DNA from: an uncultured Clostridia bacterium
GTDB lineage: Bacteria; Bacillota; Clostridia; Christensenellales; UBA1242
NCBI GenBank assembly: GCA_944341445.1
Contig: CALVLZ010000003.1
Location: forward strand, 156,448 to 220,447
Length of the DNA stretch: 64,000 nt
Direction of reading: 5' to 3'
Part shown: positions 9,152 through 19,320 of the stretch, piece by piece
Layout: each line of letters begins with the position of its first letter
Numbering within the stretch: position 1 is the stretch's first letter
Translations under genes and position numbers: made by a program
The notes under the pieces: generated by a model
Database searches by the model: none
Seen by the model: the letters and a program-made list of their open reading frames with translations, nothing else
What the model was told of the DNA's origin: nothing

Positions 9152-9649
9152 TTAGTTTTTATTTAATTCTTTTTTTAGGTTTTCACAAGTCTGTTTAATT
9201 TGTTTTAAGTTTTCCGCAGTTCTCATATTGTTTTTAGCATACTCTTGAATTTGTTTTAAATTAGCAATAACCCTTCCGAATTTTTCTTTCATCCAATCTT
9301 TTCTTGGAAATAGTGAAGTATGAAAATGTATATCACTTCTTTCACCTTGAACTAATATAAATTCTTCAGCCACTCCAATTTTTTTTAACTTTTTTAAAAC
9401 TTTATCAACAAGCATTATAAACTCAATTTTTTCCTCATTTGAAAATTGATTAATTGTACTATAATGTTTTTTTGATGAAATAATAATAAAGCCATTTATT
9501 GGTATTTCAAAATCTTGGCACACATAAAAGTTTTCAGTTTGATGCAAAATTCCACCGAAACAATTTAAGTTTCCATTTAAAATTTCACAAGACATACAAT
9601 CATTGTATTTATGTTCAAGTCCTTCCAAATCTGTTATTGTTTTTAACAT
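9152..9649 (-). CDS. HIT-family-like hydrolase
   Basis: An N-terminal CMSCEI (CxxC as in HIT proteins) and a degenerate histidine triad, HFHTSLFPR. Start chosen at MLKTITDL. Confidence 0.55.
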   Translation of the reverse strand: MLKTITDLEGLEHKYNDCMSCEILNGNLNCFGGILHQTENFYVCQDFEIPINGFIIISSKKHYSTINQFSNEEKIEFIMLVDKVLKKLKKIGVAEEFILVQGERSDIHFHTSLFPRKDWMKEKFGRVIANLKQIQEYAKNNMRTAENLKQIKQTCENLKKELNKN

Positions 9650-9786
9650 ATTCACCAACCAACACATTAATTATATTGATTTATTATATTAAAAACAGAC
9701 AAATAAATCCAAATGTTTGCAATCATTTATTTTTAAATTTCAATTAATTTGACATATTTTTTATAAAATGATATTGTTAAAACACT

Positions 9787-11445
9787 ATGGGAAAAGAGTT
9801 AAGGAAAGAAAAAAGAGGAATATATCAAAGTTTTAAAATTCTTTGGTCCTTTATGGGAGCAAAAGAAAAAGTTTATTTATCTTTAATTTTAATCGGAGTA
9901 TGTTTTGTTCCACTAATCCACATTTTTACATCATTTTTACCTTCGCTTATATTATCTAGAATTATCGACGAAAATGTAAAAATATTGGGCTTTATTGATT
10001 TGTCAATGCTTAACGATGCTTGGTATTTCACAGTTGTAATTATGGCCATTCCTGTTCTTTGGATTTTAGGCATGATTGTTTATAGTTCAATTGATATCTT
10101 TGCAAGAAGAATGATGTGCATTGCAAATGAAAAAGTTCAAAATTTATTAGTTGAAGAAAGAAAAAATTTGAACTTTAAAATGACCAATGGTGAAGTTTAT
10201 TATATTGTTAAGAACGCAGTTGATAATATTTACAACATTATTGAACCAAGTTTATGGTCATTTTTAAAAAGCATATTAAGTTTAATTGTTATTATTATTC
10301 AACTATTCATTTTTAATGCAATTATTGGATTAATGGGTTTAGCGTATTTTTTCATACTTCTAATTTGTGCCTTGTTAAGAACAAAAGTTCAAGCAAAAGT
10401 TATAGATAATATTGAAGAAATAAATGGCAAAATAGGAAATCATTTTTTAATGAGCCTAACTAACCTGCCTTTAATTACCATGTTTTCATCCAAGCTAAAA
10501 GAGCTTAACGTTTTAAAAAATTTAAATGCAGATTTTTATAAAGAAAATAAAAAAAGAGCAATTATTTGCTTTTGGTATTGGATTATAATTATATTTATTG
10601 AATATGCTGGCATGCTTGGAATTATATTTTATTTAATAATTAAAAACGGCCCAAACCTTGCAACAACAATAACCACAACATTAACAATGTTAGACTTTTT
10701 AATGACAACTGTTGAAAATTGGGGCTACTCTTTAAACGACTTGCAAACAGCATCCATAAAACTTTGCAACTTATCAAAAATCTATCCAGAAAGTTCGGAT
10801 ATAATAAAAGTTAATAAACACATAATCAATTTTGATAAAATTAATAGTGTCGAAGTAAAAGATTATTGTGTTAAATTCGAATCCTTTGAAAGAAAATATA
10901 ATCAAACATTTAAGTCTGGTAATATATATTTAATAAAAGGTCAAAGCGGAAGTGGAAAAACAACTTTAATTAACGCAATGTGTGGCTTAAGAGAAATTGA
11001 AAGTGGTTGTTTAATTATTAACAAAAAACACAAAATTAAAAATTTATACAATTATCGAGATAAAATAGTTTATTTATTTCAAGATTCAATTTTGTTTGAC
11101 AGAAGTATAAAAGAAAACATTGCATACCCAGAAGATGAAATAAATGAAAGGGCTTCAAACTTAGTTGAAAAATTTAATATGACAGAACTTGTAACTAGAG
11201 AGATTAACACATCAATAAACAATATTTTATCTGGTGGCGAAAAGAAAAGAGTTAATATTATAAGAACATTAAGTAAGAATAAATCTATTTATTTATTTGA
11301 TGAACCAACAAATGAATTAGATAATGAAAATGTATTAAAAGTTTTAGAAGAAATACAAAAACTTGCTAAAAAAGATAAAATTATAATACTAATTTCACAT
11401 GATGAAAGATGTTTAAATATTGCAAACGAAATTGTGAATTTATAA
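9787..11445 (+). CDS. ABC exporter, fused permease/ATP-binding protein
   Basis: The N-terminal half has about 6 TM helices. Walker A is GQSGSGKTT, the ABC signature is LSGGEKKR, and Walker B is IYLFDEPTNELD. Confidence 0.85.
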   Translation: MGKELRKEKRGIYQSFKILWSFMGAKEKVYLSLILIGVCFVPLIHIFTSFLPSLILSRIIDENVKILGFIDLSMLNDAWYFTVVIMAIPVLWILGMIVYSSIDIFARRMMCIANEKVQNLLVEERKNLNFKMTNGEVYYIVKNAVDNIYNIIEPSLWSFLKSILSLIVIIIQLFIFNAIIGLMGLAYFFILLICALLRTKVQAKVIDNIEEINGKIGNHFLMSLTNLPLITMFSSKLKELNVLKNLNADFYKENKKRAIICFWYWIIIIFIEYAGMLGIIFYLIIKNGPNLATTITTTLTMLDFLMTTVENWGYSLNDLQTASIKLCNLSKIYPESSDIIKVNKHIINFDKINSVEVKDYCVKFESFERKYNQTFKSGNIYLIKGQSGSGKTTLINAMCGLREIESGCLIINKKHKIKNLYNYRDKIVYLFQDSILFDRSIKENIAYPEDEINERASNLVEKFNMTELVTREINTSINNILSGGEKKRVNIIRTLSKNKSIYLFDEPTNELDNENVLKVLEEIQKLAKKDKIIILISHDERCLNIANEIVNL

Positions 11446-11489
11446 AATTAGAATAATTTTTTCAAATAAATTAAATTGTGAGGTATTCC

Positions 11490-12155
11490 ATGGCTAAATT
11501 CAATGAAAAAAATTTTAAACCAAGTGAAATGCACGTAAACAGCATTGATGAATTTATTAATGACGACGAAGAAATTTTATGGAAAGACAAACCTAAAAAA
11601 TCTGCTTTTATTTGGTCTAAAATTTTAAATATGTTACCAATTGTTTTAATTTGGATGGCACTTGATGGATTTATAATATACATGATGATTGCTGGTAACA
11701 TACTCTCTGAAATGCCTGTTGTTTTTTCAATTTTTATAATATTGTTTTTTGTTATACATTTAACACCTGTTTGGATATGGTTAGGAAATGTTTTAACAGC
11801 AGCCGCTCAACATAAAAACACAGAATATATTTTTACAAACGAACGAATTATAATTAAAACAGGTGTTATAATCGACATAGAAAATATTTATTATATGGAC
11901 ATTGTATCTGTAAATTTAAAAGTTGGATTAATTGATAAACTTTTAAAAGTTGGCGATGTTTACATTCTAAGTAAATTTAAATCAACTGTTTTAAATGATT
12001 TAACAGACCCATACAGAGTTGTTAACTTTCTTCAAAAAATTGTTAACGATATTAAAACTGATATGTACTACCCCAACGATCTTAGACCTGAAGAAAACAA
12101 AGGTTATAAAACAAAATATAAATATGAAAATAATAACAATAATAAAAAGCCTTAA
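11490..12155 (+). CDS. membrane-flanked bacterial PH-domain (bPH_2 / YdbS-like) protein
   Basis: Two TM helices followed by YIFTNERIIIKTGVI...VNLKVGLIDKLLKVGDVYI, typical of DUF304/bPH_2. GAGG lies 8 nt upstream of the ATG at 11490. Confidence 0.6.
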   Translation: MAKFNEKNFKPSEMHVNSIDEFINDDEEILWKDKPKKSAFIWSKILNMLPIVLIWMALDGFIIYMMIAGNILSEMPVVFSIFIILFFVIHLTPVWIWLGNVLTAAAQHKNTEYIFTNERIIIKTGVIIDIENIYYMDIVSVNLKVGLIDKLLKVGDVYILSKFKSTVLNDLTDPYRVVNFLQKIVNDIKTDMYYPNDLRPEENKGYKTKYKYENNNNNKKP

Positions 12156-12288
12156 AAAGGGCTTTTTATTTTATTTATCTAAACTCTGTATTTTTATTAA
12201 ATCTAATAAATTTAAAACCTTTTTTAGTTAATTATATTAAATTGATTATTTTTAGTATGTGTGTTAAACTTTTTTTAGCGAGGGTTAT

Positions 12289-12795
12289 ATGGAACTATAT
12301 AAAGAAATATATAAAATGAAAGAATTAATTAGAAAAGGCTGGATAATTAGAAATATTCCTAATAGAAATGAAAGTGATGCCGAACACACCTTTTCTATGA
12401 CAATTTTAGCACTTGACTTATTAAGTAAAAACAACTTAAAACTTGATGAGTTGAAAGTTTTAAAAATGATAGCCTACCACGATTTATGCGAAATAGATCC
12501 TGGTGACACAGTTGTGCTATTTGAAAAAGTTACAGAACAAGAAAAGTTCGATAAAGAATATGCTTGCATTAAAAGATTATCTAAAACATATAAATTACCT
12601 GAAATTGAATCTATATGGCTTGAATTTATGGAACAAAAATCAAAAGAAGCAAAGTTTGTTAAACTTATTGATAAATACGATGCTGTTTGCCAAGCAAAAA
12701 TTTATGCAGAAAAATATAACAGACCAGAGGTTTACGAAGAGTTTAGGTTACACGCAATAGATATTTGCAATGAAATAGAAAAGTTGAAATTTTAA
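12289..12795 (+). CDS. HD-domain phosphohydrolase, YfbR-like 5'-deoxynucleotidase
   Basis: ESDAEHTFSM ... AYHDLCEIDPGD gives the H...HD...D metal-binding pattern. About 168 aa. Confidence 0.75.
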   Translation: MELYKEIYKMKELIRKGWIIRNIPNRNESDAEHTFSMTILALDLLSKNNLKLDELKVLKMIAYHDLCEIDPGDTVVLFEKVTEQEKFDKEYACIKRLSKTYKLPEIESIWLEFMEQKSKEAKFVKLIDKYDAVCQAKIYAEKYNRPEVYEEFRLHAIDICNEIEKLKF

Positions 12796-12819
12796 AAAAC
12801 GTTACGCATAACGTTTTTT
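12794..12819 (+). terminator. intrinsic terminator
   Basis: AACGTTA-cgca-TAACGTT hairpin followed by T6. Confidence 0.75.
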
Positions 12820-12972
12820 ATTTTTATTTGTTTTATTATTCTTTTCCATTCTAATTTTTTATTTATAATTATTTTTCGCAACATAAAAAATGATAATTAA
12901 TTAAAAAGTAAAAATTAATTAATTTTACAACATTTTAATTTTTTGTTATTATGATTAAAAGGTGGTGATTTA

Positions 12973-13440
12973 ATGAAAAAAGATATAAATTACACAATTG
13001 AAAACAATCGTTTTAATTTTAGAGTTGCAGTTTTCTTAAAAAACAACAACAGGGTTTTATTACATAAATCAAAACAATTCAACTTTTGGAACATGCCCGG
13101 CGGAAGAGTTCAACTTGGAGAATCAACTTTAGAAGCGATGCAAAGAGAACTAAAAGAAGAACTTGATTTAGTTGTTGATGATTTAAAACTAATCTGCGTT
13201 TGGGAAGATTTTTTTGAATGGGGCAACAAAAATGTGCAAGAATTATTGTTTGTTTACACTGCAAATATTGATGACAACTTTGAAATAACAAAAAAACAAG
13301 GTTTTGCAACAATTGACAGTGAAGACGAAATTAATTATTGGGTGGATATTAATGAAATTAAAAATTTAGATTGCAAACCTAAAATTATCTATAATTTAAA
13401 TAACTACACTAACACTTTAAATCACAGCATTAATAAATAA
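12973..13440 (+). CDS. NUDIX hydrolase
   Basis: Nudix box GGRVQLGESTLEAMQRELKEELDL (GX5EX7REUXEEXGU). AGGTGG SD upstream. Confidence 0.85.
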   Translation: MKKDINYTIENNRFNFRVAVFLKNNNRVLLHKSKQFNFWNMPGGRVQLGESTLEAMQRELKEELDLVVDDLKLICVWEDFFEWGNKNVQELLFVYTANIDDNFEITKKQGFATIDSEDEINYWVDINEIKNLDCKPKIIYNLNNYTNTLNHSINK

Positions 13441-13457
13441 AATTAAGTTGAAAAAAT

Positions 13458-14030
13458 ATGGATAAAATAACAAAATTAATAAACAATTGCAACAAATGTG
13501 GAAACCTACCAAAGTTAACAAAAAACTCGCTGCAGACTGGAAAAACTCCATTTATAATAATTGGTGAAAGTCCTGCCAAAGATGGTTGGTTAAAATCTTA
13601 TAAGGCTTTTTACAACACAGATGGAAAGTTACAAGCAAGCGGAAGAATTTTAGAAAAATTGTTAAACACAATTAACTTAAACATTTCTGATATTTATTTC
13701 ACAGAAATGTGCAAGTGCTTAATTACAGATAGAAAACAACTTGAAAAATGCAGTAAAAACTGTTTTCCAATTTTAACCGAACAATTAAAAAATATTCCTT
13801 GCAATATTATATTAACTATGGGTCTGCACCCTACCCAAATATTGTTAAATGAAAATATAAAAAAATTCTCCGATTATGTTGGAAAACAATTTAACATAAA
13901 AATTGGTGAAAAAAATTTTATTTTAATACCTATTTATCACCCAAGCCCACTTAACCCTAAAGGTTACAAAGATAACTTACCAATATTTAAAAAAATAAAT
14001 GAAATTATAAAGGAAAATTATGAAGTTTGA
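13458..14030 (+). CDS. uracil-DNA glycosylase superfamily protein (family 4/5-like)
   Basis: Motif A-like IIGESPAKDGW and motif B YHPSPLNP. N-terminal CNKC and further Cys residues are compatible with an Fe-S cluster. TGA stop overlaps the next gene. Confidence 0.7.
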   Translation: MDKITKLINNCNKCGNLPKLTKNSLQTGKTPFIIIGESPAKDGWLKSYKAFYNTDGKLQASGRILEKLLNTINLNISDIYFTEMCKCLITDRKQLEKCSKNCFPILTEQLKNIPCNIILTMGLHPTQILLNENIKKFSDYVGKQFNIKIGEKNFILIPIYHPSPLNPKGYKDNLPIFKKINEIIKENYEV

Positions 14031-14514
14031 ATTAATTAAAATAACCAACGAAAATTTATATATATTAAAAAATCTTTTTCAACTATACATTCACGATATA
14101 TCTAAAGAACTACCTTGGGATGTTAATAGCGATGGCTTATTCGAAGCATATTCTTTAGATGATTGGTTGAATAACAAAAACAATTTTGGCTATATTATCT
14201 ATGTTGAAAACATTGTTGCTGGTTTTGTTATGGTTGATAAAGAATTTAAAGTTTTGGAAAACACTAACAATAATCTAAATTTATCTGAAATATTTATTCT
14301 TAATAACTACAAAGGAAAAGGTTTGGCAAAAGCAGTTGCCTTAAAAATCTTCAGCAGTCATTCTGCTAATTGGGAAGTAAGACCTGTTCCTAAAAGTGAA
14401 TCTGCTTATAAGTTTTGGGAAAATGTTTTATTTAAAAATTTTCCATATAAAACAACAAAGCACGAATGGAAAGAAAATAGATTTGCCTTCACTTTTTCAA
14501 CAAAGAATAAATAA
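14020..14514 (+). CDS. GNAT family N-acetyltransferase
   Basis: ILNNYKGKGLAKAVALKIF is a GNAT motif A (xxGxG/A) acetyl-CoA-binding loop. It overlaps the UDG stop by 11 nt. Confidence 0.7.
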   Translation: MKFELIKITNENLYILKNLFQLYIHDISKELPWDVNSDGLFEAYSLDDWLNNKNNFGYIIYVENIVAGFVMVDKEFKVLENTNNNLNLSEIFILNNYKGKGLAKAVALKIFSSHSANWEVRPVPKSESAYKFWENVLFKNFPYKTTKHEWKENRFAFTFSTKNK

Positions 14515-14542
14515 AAAAAGAACTATTTCTAGTTCTTTTTTT
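14513..14542. terminator. bidirectional intrinsic terminator
   Basis: AAAGAACTA-tttc-TAGTTCTTT hairpin flanked by A7 and T7, between convergent genes. Confidence 0.8.
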
Positions 14543-15236
14543 ATTTATTTTTTCTCTTTTTTCTCCAAATATTAAAATAATCAAAAACACACATGGCAAT
14601 GTAAGAAACTATAATCACAATAAGTCCCAATACCCACCAAGTTAAAAATGTTCCTTCTAGTATTGGTTGTTTTATAATCATTGCATCATTAAAACCAAGT
14701 GCTGTTATTAAGAACACTCCATAAGTTATTGTGCAACATAGTCCAATTGGTAGAGCATACCATTTTTTAATTGTTGGAACATACCATTTTGTTATAGCCA
14801 TTAATAAAGACAAGTAAAACAAGAATGTATGATGTAATAATCCAGAAATTGTTGCAGGATAAAAAAATGATTCATTTTGACCAATAAAGTCTGGATAAAT
14901 TAATGTTACTAAACCACCAATAAATGCAACATAACAAATAAAATGAAAAAATTTGCAATCTCTTTTACCTATTAAAACACTAATTGATAGCAAAAAACTG
15001 CTTAACCCACAGAACGAATTGGGAATTAATTGTAAAGCATTATTATCTTTAATTGCAATGCTTATTCTATTCCACATAACAGATAGCAACAACAAAACTG
15101 CAACCACTTTTAAAACAATATTTAGTGTTTTTTCTGTTTTTGCATATTTTAAAATTAAAAAATATGAAACAATTGTTAAAATAGTAACTATTGCTAAATA
15201 TGTTAAATGTTGCCAGCCAAAAATTTCAGGATTCAT
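14541..15236 (-). CDS. polytopic membrane protein, YwaF/TIGR02206-like
   Basis: About 7 TM helices. The start at MNPEIFGWQHL has GAGGTGG upstream; the track start at 15305 has none. It resembles the product of 41034-41819. Confidence 0.5.
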   Translation of the reverse strand: MNPEIFGWQHLTYLAIVTILTIVSYFLILKYAKTEKTLNIVLKVVAVLLLLSVMWNRISIAIKDNNALQLIPNSFCGLSSFLLSISVLIGKRDCKFFHFICYVAFIGGLVTLIYPDFIGQNESFFYPATISGLLHHTFLFYLSLLMAITKWYVPTIKKWYALPIGLCCTITYGVFLITALGFNDAMIIKQPILEGTFLTWWVLGLIVIIVSYIAMCVFDYFNIWRKKRKNK

Positions 15237-15343
15237 ATTCCACCTCTTTTTAAAGATTATTATTATCAACGAAACTTTTATATTTACTAATATTTGAACA
15301 TCCAAAGCAAAAGCTTGACCAAAACTTCACAAAATTAAAATTA

Positions 15344-16111
15344 TTAATTATTCGAATTCTTTATTGCTTTTTCATATTCTTCACACAATTCCTTTGTTGC
15401 AAAAACTGCGTGAACTTCCATTTTTTTAATTTTTGCACTTAACACAAAGCCACCCGCTTGTTTACAAATGAATTCTCCTGGTAAATAATCCCACATATTG
15501 TTTGAAAAAATCATTTCTCCATCACATTTTCCGCAAGCAACATAAGAATATTCAATTCCTGAACTTCCATAATTTCGAAGTTTCATAACTTTATCAGACA
15601 TATGCCTTAAAACTTCAACAACTTCAGGTTTTATTTTCAAATATGATTTAGAAACTTGACCGTGAGCAACTATTGATTTATCTATATCCACATTGCTGTT
15701 AACTTTAATTGGTTTGTTATTACACCAAGCCCCGTTTAATGAAGCAAAAAACAATTCGTTTCTGCTAGGCACGTAAATAGCAGAAGTTTTAACTTCTCCA
15801 TCACAAACAAAAGCCATTTGAATGCACCAATCATTAGTTCTTCTTGTGAAATTAACCGTTCCATCAATAGGGTCTATAACCCAACACCTATCTTTCAATT
15901 CTGCCAAACTATTAAATTCTTCACTAACAACATAATCTTGCGGAAAGTTCTTTTTAATATTACTAATAATAAAATTTTCTGTTGCTAAATCTAGGTTTGT
16001 TACTAAATCCTTTTCTCCCTTATCAGAAACTTCCATATTATGATTTTTTATGATTTTACTATAAGCTTTTTTTACAATATTTTTAATAAAACATTCTTCT
16101 CTCTCAAACAT
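15344..16111 (-). CDS. inositol monophosphatase family protein
   Basis: The WVIDPIDGTVNF motif and a downstream WDYLPG-like motif are characteristic of the IMPase/SuhB family. Confidence 0.85.
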   Translation of the reverse strand: MFEREECFIKNIVKKAYSKIIKNHNMEVSDKGEKDLVTNLDLATENFIISNIKKNFPQDYVVSEEFNSLAELKDRCWVIDPIDGTVNFTRRTNDWCIQMAFVCDGEVKTSAIYVPSRNELFFASLNGAWCNNKPIKVNSNVDIDKSIVAHGQVSKSYLKIKPEVVEVLRHMSDKVMKLRNYGSSGIEYSYVACGKCDGEMIFSNNMWDYLPGEFICKQAGGFVLSAKIKKMEVHAVFATKELCEEYEKAIKNSNN

Positions 16112-16286
16112 AATTAAACTCCTTTATATTAAATTAGCACAACTCACTGTTAATACAAAGTGTTTTAATCAAATAATCAAAACAACAGCCATATTCTAAT
16201 AAAATCATTTGCAAATAAACAAACTTTGAATATATAATTAAACAAATATAAATAATAAAATTAAACATAAAGAAAAGAGGTTTTAA

Positions 16287-17981
16287 ATGTCAAAAAGAAA
16301 AATAATTTTTATTTGCGTTATTGTTATTTTAATTATCGCAATATCTTTAGGGCTTGGTTTATATTTCACTAAAGGTGCATCACAAAATAATAATAATAAT
16401 AATAATGAAAATGAAAACGACGAAGGCACAACAACAAATAATGATTTATCTTTAGAAGAAGTTAAAACAGCACTAGAGGTAGTTTCTAACGCTTTTAAAC
16501 CATATGCAAAAGAAGTGAATACTTCAAATGTAGTCTTAGCTAACCAATTAAGTTCTGTTAATACACCTAGCATTTATAATTCCTTATTTGTAGATAGTTC
16601 AAAATACAAAATTAACAAAACAATATTTAATAATTTTGAACCAGAAAATATAGCTGAAATACAAAATATTTTTGCATATTATTCAATTATTCACGCTTTA
16701 AGCAAAACAGCAACTAGCACAAATGGTGTATTCAACTTTATTAATAACGAATTAACCAAATATCCTACACCTATTAAATTAATAACAAAAAATAATGAAA
16801 TAATGTTTAGTTTTAATGGAGTACTATATAATAACAACGAAATAATAACAACAAAAATAACTTTTGATAAACAAACAAACGCTTTTAATTTAAAAATTTT
16901 TTACAAAACAAAAACTAATGAAACAAGTTCAGCAGAAATTACTGCAATATTTGAATATAATTATAATCAAAAATTTTTAAACTACACAAAAATTGTTTAC
17001 ATTCCAAACGATTTAACAGCTTTAATAACAATATCTCACGACGATATTGAAAACAATAAAATGGCAACAATAACAAACGAAACAGAACTTACCTCTAGCG
17101 AAAAATACAACATTGAAAAAGTTGTTAAACAAATTTCAAGCACTTTTGAATTGCCAACATCAGATTTAAATAAATACAACCTAGATGCAACAATATTCAA
17201 TGAACATTTTGCAGATTACATTAATTCTAACTTAACTATTAATGAAGTTAAAAATGCAATTAACAACGTGTCAAGCGTTTTTAAAGCATATTTAACTGAT
17301 GAAAAGTTATTAAATTCTGAAAACGAAGAAAATGATGAAACTGTTAAATTGGGAAGTATTTACGATGGAATATTTACAGATGACTCTAAATACAAAACCA
17401 GCAAGACAAATTCAAATGACCTTGAAATAACAACCAAACAAACAATTAAAGATTTAATTGAACATTTTGCTATTATTTATGCAACAGGCCAAACAATAAC
17501 AAGCAACAATGCATTATATAATTTTATATTAAGCGATGGAAATGCTTCAACCACATCAATGGAAGTTTTAACAAATGGAAACACCATAAAAATAAAAATA
17601 AACGATGGCACAAATACAACTTTTTATAAAATAATTTATGATAAAAATTCAAACGCTTTTAATTTATTAATATACTTCAAAGCCGAAACATTGGAAGTGG
17701 CTTATGAATTTTGTTATGACGAAAAAATGTTGTCACACACAGAAATAAATGTAGATAAAGAACAAAAACCATTTACTGTTAATTTGTTGCGTGACGATGT
17801 TGAAAATGGAACAATAACAAAATTGTCTGGTCTACTTGCAGAATCTGAAGAATGCATAAATACAAACGCAAAATTAACCGAAATCGGAGAATCGTTTGTA
17901 TTCCCAAAAGAAAATATTAGAAAATTAACTTTAGATGAATCTGAATTTGAAAATTTTGGCTATGAATTTATGTCCAATTAA
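16287..17981 (+). CDS. membrane-anchored extracellular protein made of two tandem ~250-aa homologous domains
   Basis: N-terminal TM/signal anchor (IIFICVIVILIIAISLGLGLYF), then a poly-Asn/acidic linker encoded by (AAT)7 at 16386-16406. Residues ~54-300 and ~316-564 align with each other. Confidence 0.7.
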   Translation: MSKRKIIFICVIVILIIAISLGLGLYFTKGASQNNNNNNNENENDEGTTTNNDLSLEEVKTALEVVSNAFKPYAKEVNTSNVVLANQLSSVNTPSIYNSLFVDSSKYKINKTIFNNFEPENIAEIQNIFAYYSIIHALSKTATSTNGVFNFINNELTKYPTPIKLITKNNEIMFSFNGVLYNNNEIITTKITFDKQTNAFNLKIFYKTKTNETSSAEITAIFEYNYNQKFLNYTKIVYIPNDLTALITISHDDIENNKMATITNETELTSSEKYNIEKVVKQISSTFELPTSDLNKYNLDATIFNEHFADYINSNLTINEVKNAINNVSSVFKAYLTDEKLLNSENEENDETVKLGSIYDGIFTDDSKYKTSKTNSNDLEITTKQTIKDLIEHFAIIYATGQTITSNNALYNFILSDGNASTTSMEVLTNGNTIKIKINDGTNTTFYKIIYDKNSNAFNLLIYFKAETLEVAYEFCYDEKMLSHTEINVDKEQKPFTVNLLRDDVENGTITKLSGLLAESEECINTNAKLTEIGESFVFPKENIRKLTLDESEFENFGYEFMSN

Positions 17982-18011
17982 AACAGAAATAAATTAATCA
18001 AAAATTAAAAT

Positions 18012-18041
18012 AAAAAAAGGAACAATATTGTTCCTTTTTTA
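18012..18041. terminator. bidirectional intrinsic terminator
   Basis: AGGAACAA / TTGTTCCT stem flanked by A7 and T6. Confidence 0.75.
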
Positions 18042-18075
18042 TTTGCTGTAATTAAATTTAATCTCTTATATTTTT

Positions 18076-19221
18076 TTAAATTCGCCTTGTTAAATTAACA
18101 CCTTCACTAAAATTGCACTTATTGTTGCAAACGTAATCTGGAAAAGTGCAACGAGCGCCTTTTGAATATTGCAATAAATATTCTTTAAGTTTTGAATTTT
18201 TAACATTTTGTATATATTTGTTAAGTGTGTTTTTTGTTTGTTCCATAATTTCTAATTGTGCATGTGTGCAAAGTCTTTCTTTTGCTTTTAAAATAAAATC
18301 TTCAGGGATTCCCCTTTCAGATATATTAACAATTTCTGCTTGTGGAAATAAGTCTTTAACTTCTTGCATATCTTTTAACCATTCATTTTTTAATGCTTCA
18401 TCTTTTTCGATAATTCTTGGAACGTAAAACTCTTTTTCCTTTTGCATTGAAATACTATAATTAATTGTTCTATGCCTTTGTGCTTGAGCAAAACTTGCCA
18501 AACTCCCTTTATAATTTGTTGAATACACGTCGCCAAAATATTCATCATGCGAAATATCAGAAAACATTGAGAAATTTCTACCCTTTCCATCAACTAACTT
18601 TTCATCAATCAAATTGCTTTCTTTTAGCTGTTTGCAAAACTCCATTGCATAAGGATATAATTTTTGTGTTATTTTGCTATTATAATTTTCTTCATTTTGT
18701 AACCAATTATAAATATAATTTAACTGTCTATACGAAACTGTGTAAACCATTGAAGTTGGCATAAAAACAGACAAATAATATCTTGCATTTTCTTGAGCAA
18801 GTTTTTCTATTTTTTGTTCAGTCATACATGGATATTTTCCATATTCATCTTTTATTTTGATTTTTAAAATATCTAACCACTTTTCATAATAAAATTTTTC
18901 AACTCCTTCCATTTGCATTTGTGTATATCTTGCAGACTTTTCTGATGTTGTGTACACTTTTTCATTGTTTAACAACATTGCAAAAAACTTAGGAACATTT
19001 TCTAAATACAATGAAATATACTCATGGTCAAACACACTATGGTGCCCATCGTTTTTAGTTCTTTCTGCTCTTTTAAAAATTGTTGTTTCTGGTTGATTTT
19101 CTAAATCTTCAAAAGTGTTTTTCATATAACAAACACCCGCAACAATTCCACTGAATTTATCAAACTCATTCTTATCCATAAAATTTTTTGTATTTGTTGT
19201 TGCAATAACTCTAATTTTCAT
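18076..19221 (-). CDS. ThyX-like (Thy1 fold) protein, apparently two fused ThyX-like halves
   Basis: GHHSVFDHEY, SEKSARY and ARYYLS...TVSYRQL in the N-half; FAQAQRHRTINYS and RLCTHAQLEI in the C-half. The start at MKIRVIATT has GGAGG upstream. Confidence 0.6.
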   Translation of the reverse strand: MKIRVIATTNTKNFMDKNEFDKFSGIVAGVCYMKNTFEDLENQPETTIFKRAERTKNDGHHSVFDHEYISLYLENVPKFFAMLLNNEKVYTTSEKSARYTQMQMEGVEKFYYEKWLDILKIKIKDEYGKYPCMTEQKIEKLAQENARYYLSVFMPTSMVYTVSYRQLNYIYNWLQNEENYNSKITQKLYPYAMEFCKQLKESNLIDEKLVDGKGRNFSMFSDISHDEYFGDVYSTNYKGSLASFAQAQRHRTINYSISMQKEKEFYVPRIIEKDEALKNEWLKDMQEVKDLFPQAEIVNISERGIPEDFILKAKERLCTHAQLEIMEQTKNTLNKYIQNVKNSKLKEYLLQYSKGARCTFPDYVCNNKCNFSEGVNLTRRI

Positions 19222-19320
19222 AATTTTTTTCCTCCATATATTGAATTTCACTAGATATTTTAGAATACGTTTGTTATAATGTAAAATACAAATATTTTAT
19301 GATAGGTATAAAAAATTTTT

